DNA of 63,333 nucleotides, counting the filler, from Choristocarpus tenellus KU-1152 (Eukaryota > Protista > Phaeophyceae), in the NCBI GenBank assembly GCA_964200185.2. It is 12 parts of 12 records of this genome, joined end to end, with 100 filler letters (N's around TTAATTAATTAA, not from the genome) between each part and the next. Parts side by side here need not be neighbours in the genome. Positions count along the whole stretch, not along the records: positions 36,978 to 52,581 come from CAXNAD020000965.1; 11 more parts are not named here. One strand, 5' to 3'. The position numbers and the translations under genes were made by a program. The notes beneath the pieces were generated by a model that saw nothing but the letters and a program-made list of their open reading frames with translations, was not told the DNA's origin and ran no database searches. The first letter of the stretch is position 1. Each line of letters begins with the position of its first letter. Positions 39,651 through 52,333 of this stretch are shown here, piece by piece.

Positions 39651-42600
39651 AGGGGTGGAATCAAAAATAGGTTTAGGCGGCCCCATTTTGCTTCAGATTT
39701 TGGTGGACAACCTTTCAACATCTCCACAATACACACATAAACATGAACATGTGAAAAAATTGTTGCTTCTTCATTATGGCTGCAATATGTTACATTTATT
39801 TTCGAACGGAATAACTATAATGCAAAATATTACTTCATTGGGATGGTACTTACCGAGCAGTACACTCCCTATAATGAGTTAGGTGTGAGAGCGCCCACAG
39901 TAGTTGTTTTTGTCCGAATATAGCTTACATTTGGGGTCAGAGGTAATACAAATTAATCAGGACGCAGGTGATCTGGTAGTAACCAGATCCCCATTATGTG
40001 CTTTAGAGTGAAGAGTTTTATGTATGTATGCATGTATATTATTATAACTATTCAATGTGATATTTTGTAGACAGATGTGTCAGAGAGGAAAAAGCAACAC
40101 CAAAACTGTATGGCAAGGACGACTGTATGAAGAACCTCCTAGTGGCTCAGTGGCCAAGGGCACAGTGACCTTCATAATTCGAGAGTCCTTTCAGTGCCGA
40201 AACTTGAAAAAAAATCTTCCTTATACGGAAATTTGGTTTCGATGATGATGGTACTCCTCATGGCAAGTAAAAACGATTATACACCTCCTGTATTGTCCAT
40301 TCCGTGCCATACCACCAAATCGCTACGATAGGGTGGAAAAACTTCAGGGAGGGTCCAAGAGATGATTTGAAGGAGGTTACTGAGTGATTATGTTTTGAGA
40401 GCTAAGCCCAAAAGCAGTAGTTTATTAGGCAGTAGTTCATACGAGAAGAAGTATACACCGTGTGGAGTTTTTGATGATAAATCAGGATCATCCCTGACTA
40501 CTGTGCAATAATTAAAAAAATACTACTGTTAGGGGAGAAAACTGTTAGGGGAGAAAACAGAGAACCCTATTTATTTAATGTATGAAAATGATATAGACAA
40601 AAGTTTTCTGTAGAAAAAAAAAATGGGTCGAGTGGTTAGTTGTCACTCAAACATCAAGTGTTGCTTAACACTACTTCGAGACTTGTTCATCTTGATGATC
40701 AACATTTCAGCCTCAATCCATAATACGAGTAGTAATTGTCATGGCATCCTCCCGTCACCCTTAATGCCTATCATAGAGGAGATTTATCATGTCTTCTAGG
40801 CATATATATCCCTTGCATATAGACTGTCTCCTTCATGTAACAGCCGATTTCAAAAATTGAGGATGGAGCTTTTCATTGAGGATGCAGGCACAGATGTCAA
40901 CAAGTTCAGGGTGCTTAGGTCTATCCTCCGTGAGACAGCATCAGCATGTAGTTTTTGTAGGATAGTCATTAGCCACTCTCCCGACCCCCCTATAGCACCG
41001 GCAACAAGAGCCTCATGGAGATGCTTTTACCCAGGCCATTTGTGATAGTCCCATAGTCCAGAATCTAGGGTTGTCAATCCGCTCCCTTCTCCCATAAGGA
41101 ATCTCTTTGGTGACTTGGCAGGGATTATTGGTCAAGGCCGGTTAGACTGTACAGGAACAGAAACTCATTCTTCTATACCAGTGTTCCACGCTCTATATGG
41201 TAGCTCCTGATGCCAGGACCACGAGGAGGATACAGAATGAAATCACCAGTCATTTGAACAGGATCCGTTTTGACACAATACACCTTACTTTGTAGTTACT
41301 AACCTTCACAAGAATATCGTTGCATTCTTAGTTTTGAAGTATGTGTTTAGGGAGGTATTCTATTCTTGATGAAGGAAAGTCATATTTTTTCATCAGTTCT
41401 TGTTATGTAGGTTTCTCTTTCCCTAACACATTTGAAAAATATCCCAGGGGATATTTAAATGTAATATACTGAAAATAGGAAGTTCTTATATAGTACTATG
41501 TAATGAAGATCCACATCACTAAGTCCACATATCATGAACAATATGATGTATATATGGTAAAATACACATCTGATCCTTTTGACTTGGTTATAGTGTGGTA
41601 TGGCTTGTTCCACTTCAAGTTTGGTGATGAATTGAGATATAAAACACAATACATAGTAGAATAACACAAAATTCAAAGCAACATATTCTCCATTCCTCCC
41701 CTCAACTATTTCAATATTATTATTATATTCTATGACATTTTAATGATGTCTCACAAGAAAACTGATGAAAATCCAATTCAATATCAGTACAATACCTCAG
41801 AAAGGGAAGGTTTATTAAAATGTGAAAGATATTTTTCTATCATCTACTTCACTATTTTTATTATTATGCTCTCTGAAATTTTCCAGGTGTCTCACCAGAA
41901 AAACCCGTAAAAAAGTAATAGTTGTTGTAAGTATTATTGTTGTGAATTGTTTAACCACTATTATAGGTTCAACACGTAAAAAAAAACTTACAACAACGTT
42001 CTCCCAACCCAAAATTCAAAATGAAACAGTGCACAACTTAGTACTACTGTCCAATTAATGAATTGGCTTTTTTATTAAGACATCTACAAAGTGTTAGAGG
42101 GTATAATAATATATAGTGGTGTACTTAATTTTTCCTACGTACTATCTTCTGACATCTTTTGTATAGTGAAGGGGGGGGGGGGAATCAAGACCAAAATTAT
42201 GTGACAACTACACAACAATAGTCACTTATCGTCGATAGTATTAGCACACCTCCCTAAAATATGTACAGTTTAGAAACATTACCATAATTATAATGTTTGA
42301 TGATTGTTCTCTACTAACTAATGTTTACACTTTTGTGCTTCTAACCTACTATAGATTTACGAAGTTGTTCAAATAGATTTTTGTCCAACTTTTAAAATGT
42401 ATACGAGGTAACTTCAGATGCATTTAAGAAACAGTCAGGTCTCTTATTGACTACTTCCCTATGAAACGAAATTGAACCAAAGGACGTATGTTATCGACGT
42501 GTTATCTATCAAAGACAATGCCTTATTAGAACCACCAAATTGTAGTATCATGATGTTGAGGTAGAATGTTTTCTATTGCAGTACAAAGAGGGTGGAACAG

Positions 42601-43398
42601 CCAAGGCGTGTATACATTGTGATAAGAAAATATCACAGAAAAAAAATACAAAGTAATCTTGATTTTCCCATTTTCTTAGACTTTGTTCCTCATATTTCCG
42701 AAAATGTAGAGGATCAACATTTAGTGTTAACTGGTCATCACTACCTGTTATACACGCTATCAGGAAAAAGTGTCGACACTTACGTACAGAAGGTTAATTG
42801 CTGTAGTCGGTAAGGTCTCATCTGTATGGTGAACAAATACCTTCTTACGCCTTCGATCAAAGTTTGAGTAAATGGAAAGAGGAGAAATGTGGGATTCCGT
42901 TTACAACAACCATTTTTGTATGCGGTTCTCTCAACGGATTATGGTGTGACAAATCTTTCAAACGTCTCCTCTTTGAATATCATCTCTATATTTGAAGTCA
43001 GGTTAGTGTATCAGTGATGTGAAATGATGTTCGGGTAAAGTCTTGCAAGTAATGATTCTATGACCCTAGAGTACTTTGATAAAAAATATATCTTTTGTTT
43101 ATCTTGTTGGAAGAGTATTCCAGGTCTACTCAATCTTCCCATTTTTCTATGTAAGAAATCCGAAAATCACGACAGTAAGGCCGTTCTTTCTCACTAATTG
43201 ACAAGGTATCTCACAATAGACTCTCATATTCTTGGGGAATTGACACCTCCCCCACAACCATCTGAAGGAGGACCGGAGCGCAGTGAAGGGCAGTGCTCTG
43301 TGGTTGAGGATTACATCCTTGGCGAGGACGTCTTATTGACAAACTTCCAATAAGGTGGCATAAAGGGAGACGCGTTTTCAGAAGGCTTGGTTGCCACC

Positions 43399-46300
43399 AT
43401 GCACCTGCGGCTAGCGGCAACTGCTGGGTTGGTGGCTGGAGCGGGCCTCGCGGCTTTCCTCGTTTCTTATGACAACACCGGTAAGATGAAAGTGGAAATC
43501 CTGCTAGAGATTACTTACGCATCATTAGGGATCCCTCTTTTCTGTAGTAAGAACTATTTGTTGTCTACAACGGGCAAAAGCGGTCACGTGTTACGAAGTA
43601 CAAGGTTAGAACTAATACTCTGTTGTTACAGTGCATGTTCGCACACTGTGAAGTTGATCACCGAGTTCGATGAGTTTGCATCTGCATTGACCAGTTTCAA
43701 TCGTAGGTGGAAATGTGGGAGTTCAGATAGGAGTTTGATGGTGTTCCTATGTCTTTGTCCCAATCACTAAATTGATGGCGTGGCGGAAGTCTGAATATTT
43801 GATCGAGAGGAAGCAAATTTCAATCCTAGCGAGGCATATTCGGGTAGAGTGTGTTGTGTGACCGTCTAAGATCCCTCGAAGTTCTCGTCTTGGTCTGTTC
43901 CATCCACACTACGCACGTGACTGCTAAAAATGTTCTAAATTGTTCCATGACAAACTACCTTTGTTGCCTAGTGTTTTCTAGGTTGGGTATACTAAGGATG
44001 GTCATGTTACGTGCCTTTTTGATCAATATCTACCCGTGCCCATACAGGTGTCCACGATGCTGGCGTTGTCTCCACCGCAAAGAAAGAACCTGTTATTGAA
44101 TTGATGGGAGAGACTCGACGCTTGGAGGTTACGGAGGCTGGAATGATGACATCCAGCCCGTCGTCGAGTCCCACTGCCAGCCCTACATTCACTCCCACCT
44201 CCAGCCCCTCAAACTCTCCGACAAGTTCCCCTACGAGCACCCCAACAAGTTCCCCTACGAGCACCCCAACAAGTTCCCCTACGAGCACCCCAACAATGTC
44301 GCCTACTAGCTCTCCAACGAGGGCATCAATTACTTCCATTACGCCTTCCCCCAATGGAGGTAACCCTTCTGATGATGACCCAGATGATGATTTCGTAACT
44401 GATAGGCCAACAAACTCCCCAGTAAGTTCTCCAATTCCTTCCCCTACCTCAAGTCCTGAAGGAACCAGCCCTACCGATGATGATACGGATTACGTTACGG
44501 AAGCGCCAACCAGCGCGCCTACAAGTGCCCCTACCAGTTCCCCTACCAGTTCCCCTACTAGTTCCCCTACCTTTTCTCCTACCCCAAGTCCAGATGGAGC
44601 GGGAATTACGATCATGGATGATGACTTACGAGAAACGGAGAGCCCAACTAGTTCTCCCACTAGTTCCCCGACAGGAACGCCAACGGGTGCCCCTACGTCT
44701 GCACCTACGTCAGTGCCAACATGGAGTCCTGTAGACAACAGAATGTTGGAATTGGAGTTGGAGGAGTGGGAGACCCTAGAGTACGTGCAAAGGAGGCTAC
44801 ATATGTCGACAGAGAGTCCAACAGCATCACCGACCTCTACCCCTACATCGAGCCCAACAACTTCGCCTACATCTGTCCCTACCTCCAGTCCAATTGAAGG
44901 AACCAATTCTCCCACAAGCTCTCCTACAAGCTCTCCTACTAATGCTCCGACAAGCATTCCGACTGCGGCACCGTACTACGGAAGACGACTTGATGCAGAA
45001 TGGGCTGTTCCCTCACGTGCAGGAATCAGAGGTGCAGTGAAGACGATCGAGAAGTTGAATTCTGAATGCGCCTATCACTTTGGTTCAGTGCAGGACATTG
45101 CTGTTGGATCCCTCCTCAATGGACTTTCGGATTTACCAGACCTTTATCTGGATGGCGACACTTCGCAGTCGGTTCTGCACTGTGCCCACACCACTGCGGT
45201 TGTTCTCTATGATAGGTCTTCAGAGGAGGATTTGTCTTTCTCAGAGTGGAGGGAGGCTTTCTTTGTGTATGGGGGACGTGTGCAGTTGAGGCAAGCAGCG
45301 ACAGAATCTCTTGAGATTTCTGAAGTCAATGAATTGGAGGGGCGTCTTGTTCGTCTTAACCTTAGAGATTGTTCAGTTGGTAACTTGTATGAATCGAGGG
45401 TTGTGGGGCAGGTAGGATGCAGTGTGTTTCGCCTTACAGAGTAGATGAAGGGTGAAGTATCTGTGACTGTGCATTCTCAAAGAGGGTGAGGGTAGGGAGA
45501 GGGGTGTAAGCTCTAGCCGGGCAAATTTTTGTTGGTTATTTTGGTTATAAAATGGCTTCCTGTATTCTCTGCATATTGAAAGTTGGATAACAAAAGGGGT
45601 TATGTTCCAATCCTTTTTCTTTCGTTTCTAAGTCAAAAGGATGGTACCCTTCTCCCTAAAGCCACTTCGTATGGCGTTTATTGATCCTCTGGGGTCTGTA
45701 TGGCAAGGGCCTCCATTATTCCTTGTGAATAGTGCCATTCTCCTTCTGGACTCGAGTGTGTTTTAACGTTGTTCTGCATTATTCTATGTTTTTCGTATTC
45801 TTAACAAGCAGGGATTGTGAATGTAGGTACGGGTAGCTGTGTGTGTACTTCTAGCCTGCGTTAAAAGGTTCGTTTCAAAGCGTTCACACCTTGGAGAGTT
45901 GACTGTGCTGCTTGAAGTAAGTGTAGTATATGTATTATTCACTCTCTTTATAGTGTCAACAGTATCGTATAATTCAACTACTTGCGTTTTAGTGATCTTC
46001 GTAACCTTGCCTTCTTGTTTGTTGCTCCGCGGAAGTTTCAAAAGGTATGGTGTCCCTCTAATTTTGAAGCTTTTTCGTCTCTCCCTGCGCCCTTAAGGTG
46101 ATTTTATGTTAACTTACGCACACTCTAAATGATATTAGTCAGTGTGTGTGTGTGTTGGATTTGGTGTGGTTGGTTTTTGAAAGGGGTTTTATTGGTCTTT
46201 TGTTTGTTAAGGTATTAATCATACAAATGAATGATCAATGTAGCTCTTTCTCCTTTTTCTGCACCACTAAAGGATCTTACCTGGTGAACAGGCATTAAAC

Positions 46301-48215
46301 ACCTCACTACATGAGTTCAGACATTCCTTTTTTTCATCTCTTGTCTGCTGAGTTTTTATTCTGCTCCACTGCCTGTTTTGAGGTTTTGTTTTCACACCCT
46401 CACTAGGCAGTTCTTCACTGTGATCCATGGCTAAGTAATGAATACGTTTTAAGAAGTCTTCCAACTCTTCATTTCTACAGTTCAATACTGTTAATATATT
46501 TCCAAGCTTGTTAAAACCCCAGTTGATTTCATGTTTTGTTTACATTGTCGGGCATGTAGTACTTAAGTTGTTTGGTATAATCACTTCAGGCAATGAATTC
46601 TTAACGTCTGGACACAAGGAAAAAATCGAAAAAGTCGAGTCGCCTGCTCTACTTTTCAAACTCATTTTTTGTTCTTTTTTCAATCCTTTATGGCCGTGTT
46701 TCTCCACTGTGGCCTTATGGTAGGATCACCTTTTGTGCTTATCTTGTTTTCATTTCTACCAACTGAGGTGTAGGCAGGTACGAACCCTTTGACATTCTGG
46801 TACATCTTTTAACCCTGTCTGTGGAATCTATTTCATTGTTTAGTGTGAAACTTAGAGTACGTGAAAGTGAGATTCCCACTTTCTACACCCAAACTGGTAA
46901 CACTATTTGGCAAAGAATGTATGTGTGCCCTTTCTCTGGATGCTTGAAATGCAACTCTGGCTCTCAATTGATTTCATTCCTTGTCGCAATTTGTCCAAGT
47001 GAGAAGGGATAATTATCACTTTTTTAATACGAGTTGATCAAGACGTCAGGGGTACTTTGCCGTCACGCTGCTTACAATATTCTTTTTTTGGAGGAGTGAA
47101 AAGGTACATGATGAGCAAGTTATGTATTAAATTCCCCATCGAAGCACAGCCCTTGAGATAGATGTACGCCTACACAGCTGTAGAGAGATAACTATGAGGA
47201 TAGGTGCAAAAGAGAGTGGTATGCTACACCGAAATACATCCATCGCAAAAAATGCCTGGAGAGATTGTTAAACAGTTCGGGATTTTCCGGTAAGCCTACC
47301 GCCTATACCATATGATTGCTTGATAAGTCATTGTACGCAGTACCTTTAAGGGATAGCAACTCTACCTTAAGCATTCACAACATGCCAGTTTTGTGTTTGA
47401 GGATAGAAAGGGGAGAGGGGGGGAGGACTTACTTTTCGATGAAGGGCACTTTCTTCGCTGGTCTTGTGGAAGTTGATCTTGCTGGAACTCTTGCGTTTGT
47501 GACATGGCGTTTCCACAGCTTGGACAGTGTGTCCAAATACTACATTGGAATCACAATGCTTAGTGCAATTGCTTGGGCCTCATCCACCACTGTACTGGAT
47601 GACATAGGTTAGGGGCATTTTTTTCGTCAGTGTAGTTTGTTGTACAAGTGAACTCTTGAAGTACATTGCTCCATATGAAATACTTTTGAGAAATTTCAAG
47701 TGGTTATTTGCTCAAGGACCGTGAAATACAGCTTTTTCTGTATTGAAATACGTATGTCACAGATTTTTGTTCTATTCGAAAATTGAACCATCTCTTTTCT
47801 TCATCTCTTTTTAATACACATTTATAACTTTCTTCATCGAGTCAGTGTTTTCTGTGCAAGCTGTAATATGATGAGTGTAACACCATGTGTAAAATGACTG
47901 TGCGGCAGTTTGGTGGGAGGCTATGTTCAGATGCCACTGAGGCTCATTCAGAGTTTGAACCACGGTGTAATCAATAAGCAATGACCACACTACTTGAAAG
48001 TAGTATAGTACCACATAAATTGAGAATATACATTTTCTGCTTGAAAAATTGGTAGTTGTGAAAGTTTAGGAGTCAAGGCACAATACTATTTTATTGTTCT
48101 TAGTTGGGCTTTGAGTCAAACTGAGTGAGCTAATGGTACCCATATTTGCACTGCCGACTCCTCTTTATATCCTGCATCAGTACCATATTTGTTCAACATA
48201 CTCTTCACAACATGA
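43399..48215 (+). CDS. Secretory-type Ser/Pro/Thr-rich (SPTSSPT repeat) mucin-like protein with RRL motifs
   Basis: gccaccATG at 43399. Exons 43399-43480 and 44048-45411 are well supported; 47445-47607 and 48181-48215 are phase-compatible but less certain. Architecture: hydrophobic N-terminus, PT-repeat blocks, acidic spacers, non-repetitive C-terminal domain. Confidence 0.8.
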
Positions 48216-49620
48216 AACTTTGCCTTACCACTTCATACACTGTGACTGCCACGGACGTCTTTTGTGGGTTTTGGACATGAGACCTGTACATACACAATTT
48301 ATAGATTGTAACTGAATTGCCGAAGAAGATCGGCATATTAAAATTTGAGGTAGTCTGTGAAAGGATGATGTTAAGTGAATTTGAGCAATTTCTTACATAA
48401 GAGATAGGGGCAGATGATGAGACCACTTTTTTGGCATCTATGTATGCGTCAATCTCGAGTGGTTTATGCTGTACGTCAAGTTGCCATATATTAGGTCATG
48501 GCTTTACTTGAGGATATTGGACTTGATATACTGTGAATGTTTAAAGTCAAGTAGTACTCTGAGTACAACATCACGTTTTCTGTGACACTGTTCAGGCTGT
48601 GACTGTATCAGAACCTCCAAAAGTGATCACACTGCATATGAAGAGGAAAGTGTGTATGGTTGGTGACACTACTTGATCATGCAATATCACAAAGGGTTGC
48701 CCACAACTGCATCAGTCCAACCTGTAGTATCTGGGCGAGTTTAGGTTACAGGTTCTTTACCTTCCGGGACTGGTAAGATTGTTCAACTACATGGGGTGGA
48801 CATAAACGAGAGGAAACCAGGTTTTGATCGTTATGCATTTTTTGTCTGGTTTCCAATCTTTTGCAATTCACTCGAATTTCTATGGATGAAGTTCTAAGTT
48901 TGACTTGAGGGCGTTTATTTCTCTGTTGCCAAATATCCTACACATATTTGAAACAAGTCAAATTTTGCACATATTTGTTGGCACCCTTAAAATGCAACCC
49001 TAGGTACCCCTCGTTTACTTTGTCATACGATGTGTGAAAAAGTTGATACTCCCAACTCAAATCAGAAAAAAAAAACTTCTATAATATGACCAATGAGGGG
49101 TACAACTAAAGAGTTCTGTGATTTGATGATGCCATACTGTATGTAAATTAAGCCAGAAAGAATGGTATTGTTTAATGTTTTCTAGTTCAGGTTGTCTCAG
49201 GCAAGGTCTGGGTGCATCTGTGTGCAATTGTTTTCTTTGTGCGGACTTGATTTCTTCTTGAGTCAAACATGCATCCAGAAGAGATGCCTAGTGAAAGAAT
49301 TGAACTCCTGCTGTTATGCTACTGGACACTGCAAGGTATGTATGAACTCCACGTTTTTTGGACATGATAGATTCACATCTATATGTGCAACATATAGATG
49401 TGTCTGCCTTGACTACAAATGAGAAAGTGAACACTTAGATGCAGTTTTAGAGATAGTGTAGTCAGTAAAATTGCAAAAACTCTGAAGGTGTGAAATTTGG
49501 CCCACTGACCTTTTTCACATTCCGAAGGAGAGAACACACCAGGTCAGTGATATTTAGCAGTTGAGACTCACATGCTTTTCTTCCACGGATGATTTTCTCT
49601 CTTAATATTTGGTACTGCTC
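45784..49620 (-). CDS. Candidate orphan multi-exon gene antisense to the mucin-like gene
   Basis: Open, splice-flanked segments at about 49620-49510, 49286-49137, 48923-48762, 46487-46281 and 46091-45784. Several consecutive junctions are phase-compatible; no recognisable domain. Confidence 0.35.
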
Positions 49621-51980
49621 CTGTTTTGCTTGAGGAGAAGGGTGGCAGTTCAGCGAGCACTCTGCTGGGCAGAACAAAACTGGGTTTCATTTGGCCATTT
49701 ATTGCAAAACCTGTCAATAGTTTACAGATACTGTCAGATGTTGATAATATTTTTTCAGATCGCAGTTGTGTGTACTTCAGTGAAAGTTTTGTATTCCACA
49801 GTACCATACATGCAAAGCTGTTGTCTAGATAGATGCATGTGTGGTGTATTGGATGTAGAGCATACATGCAGGCATTCAATCAAATAAGTAACCAGCTGTT
49901 AATTTCTGCTCTCCAATACACAGGGCGTGGTAGCTATTCCTTGCCTCGGTGAACGTTTCTACCCCTGTAACTACATTAGCCTAAGTGTTACCTCACCATT
50001 ACATGATCATACACAATGGGATTAACCTTACCATTTCGCCTAAAGAACGACTCAGAAGTCGGTCGGGGATCGGCACAATTACATACTTTACTTAATGAGG
50101 TGAAATTTGTGGATATTTTTGTAGTCATCCTGAGCACGATGATACACGTTTTGGTCGTCGTCAGAACCTCTTTTAACCGTAAAAAGTATGGTGTTAATGC
50201 ACCAGCATGATACCTGTCGCACAAATGCAGGCCTACAACTACAAATGTTAACCTCCTATGACAGCTTGCCTCTGCTCGATCCACTAAGCATTTATGACGT
50301 CTAAACCCTCTACTTCGTCAGGCGTAACCTCACTCAAGTATGGTACGCCAAGCAAGACCTTGTTAGTTCGGAATGGGTTCACACACTATCCCACTTTCAA
50401 GACTGTGTGCGCACATACTTGCGGAGTTAGTTGACTTTAGGAGGAAGAATGTATCATTCAGTAACTATAAAACTTGTCCGAGTTGTCATGATCGAAGGGC
50501 TTGCCACTGCTCTAGGTTTAAACCTTTATTTCCGTGTCATCCTAGATATTTATCGCATCCAAGATAAGGTCAAGGGAAGGTTAATGGGGGGCTCATAAGG
50601 GAAGTCATCAGTTTCTTTCATGTTCTCCCGCAGGAACAGACGGGACCAAAGATAGATTGTAGGGGAGGAATGGACCAGAACCGAAAGTAATTGAGCGGGC
50701 GCTTCCGTTCATTATTGATTTGCACGCAATACGCGTGAAACAAATAATGAAATCTGATGATCATCACAAGTGCTTCGTAATCCTACTCTCACTTCACTGT
50801 TCTGCCTGGACTAAACAAGTCAATTCTTAACCTCTCTCCCGTCTAGCATCTGTATCAATCCCCAAAGTATAGACCGGTTTGTGTGAATACTGTCTATATA
50901 TAGCGCTTGTAGTGTTCATGTGACTCATAGAGGCGCCGTAAATTTGTTCGAGGGTCACTTTGTTTTTCGTTCATTGTAATTGGCATGTACATGTGACGTA
51001 AGGTTTATCCACCACCGCCAGACTTCACATTGTCGGTAATTGATCCTGTACTCACATGGAATCCATTAGTTTACTTCCGTGCTCCATAGCAGGTGTGTTC
51101 AGAGGGTTGGCATGAAGCTGAATTCAGTTTCTTACCCAGGTCCATTCGTCTCAACTTGATTCTATCATCACTGGAGTAGATGCCATGTATAATGGAGAAA
51201 ATACACAAATGTAATTTCCATTGTTTATATGTTTTATGTGTGTATGTATTAATATTTTACATAAGTAACTGTCTTGATATTAGAAGAGTATTTGATTTGG
51301 TTATAAAATGTGATTTGGGTATTGGCCAATAGAACTCTGTAAAATTTGCTATAGGTGACCTATTCGTATCTAAATGGGGACTTGGGAATAGTTCTTCCTT
51401 TTTTTGGATCGATTTAGTATTGTATTATTAACCTAATTCGGAAGTACCCTGTAACAGACAGTAGCCAAAGTTCATTCATTCCAAATTAATTAATTTTTGA
51501 AAAAAAAAATGACGTATCTCTATTTTTTGTATGGAATGGAAAATTCTATGCACTATAGAAGACAACAGATTGCATAATGAGGTGTATGTCAGCAGGATAC
51601 TAATACATATTTTAGTATCATGTACTACTCTTGACTTTCGACTGATGTTTTTTGTGGGAGGGGAACTTCCCCCAAAGCTGAACAGTCCACACACACCCAC
51701 AGAACTATCCCACACCCATCCACGACACCAGAAAAAGATAGAAGGCATAATAATGTAATATTTTTTTCTGGAGACACCAAAAAAGATGGGCAAGGAGGGG
51801 CCTGTCAGATTCATGGGATCCTTCCCTAGATCCTCGCCTTGGAGTGAAGGGCTAAGCTAGATTGGAGGCATAGGAAGGGGGTGGTGTAGCAAAGCTGTAC
51901 TGAAATAGTAAATAAAAAAGTGTGTGTCACATATACAAGAACTACTACATTTTCATAGGTTGTTTTTATATTGAATTGAC

Positions 51981-52333
51981 TTTTCATCGGTTTTCCTCCT
52001 GACACATCTGCAAAATGTCAGAGGGTATAATACTATATTTTATAATATTAGATTCTTGGGATGCTCCCCTAGGTCCTCAAACTATGATGCAGGAATAGGT
52101 TTGAGACACAGGAAGGCAGTAGAGTACAACATAGATTGTAGTAAAATAGGAAATTTATATTGCTGTGCCCTCTGACATTTTGCAGATGTGCATATATATG
52201 TGGAAAATATTGTACCGTTTACAGGTAAATAAACAGTCTCATTCCACTACAAAGAGCTACACTTCCATATATTTATATTTTATTATTATGCCCTCTGACA
52301 TTTTGCAGATGTGTCGGGGGAAACCAATGAAAA
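51981..52333. mobile_element. Foldback/MITE-like element with about 52-bp inverted repeats
   Basis: 51981-52032 versus the reverse complement of 52284-52333, with core gacacatctgcaaaatgtcagaggg. A third partial copy is at about 52167-52190. Confidence 0.6.

Noticed and set aside
44007-44957. Minus-strand ORFs rich in VGELVG
   Set aside because: Antisense shadows of the SPTSSPT repeats.
49988-50284. Harbinger Myb/NAM-associated-like relic
   Set aside because: Only weak resemblance by eye (GSDDDQNVYHRAQDDYK); not supportable without a profile search.
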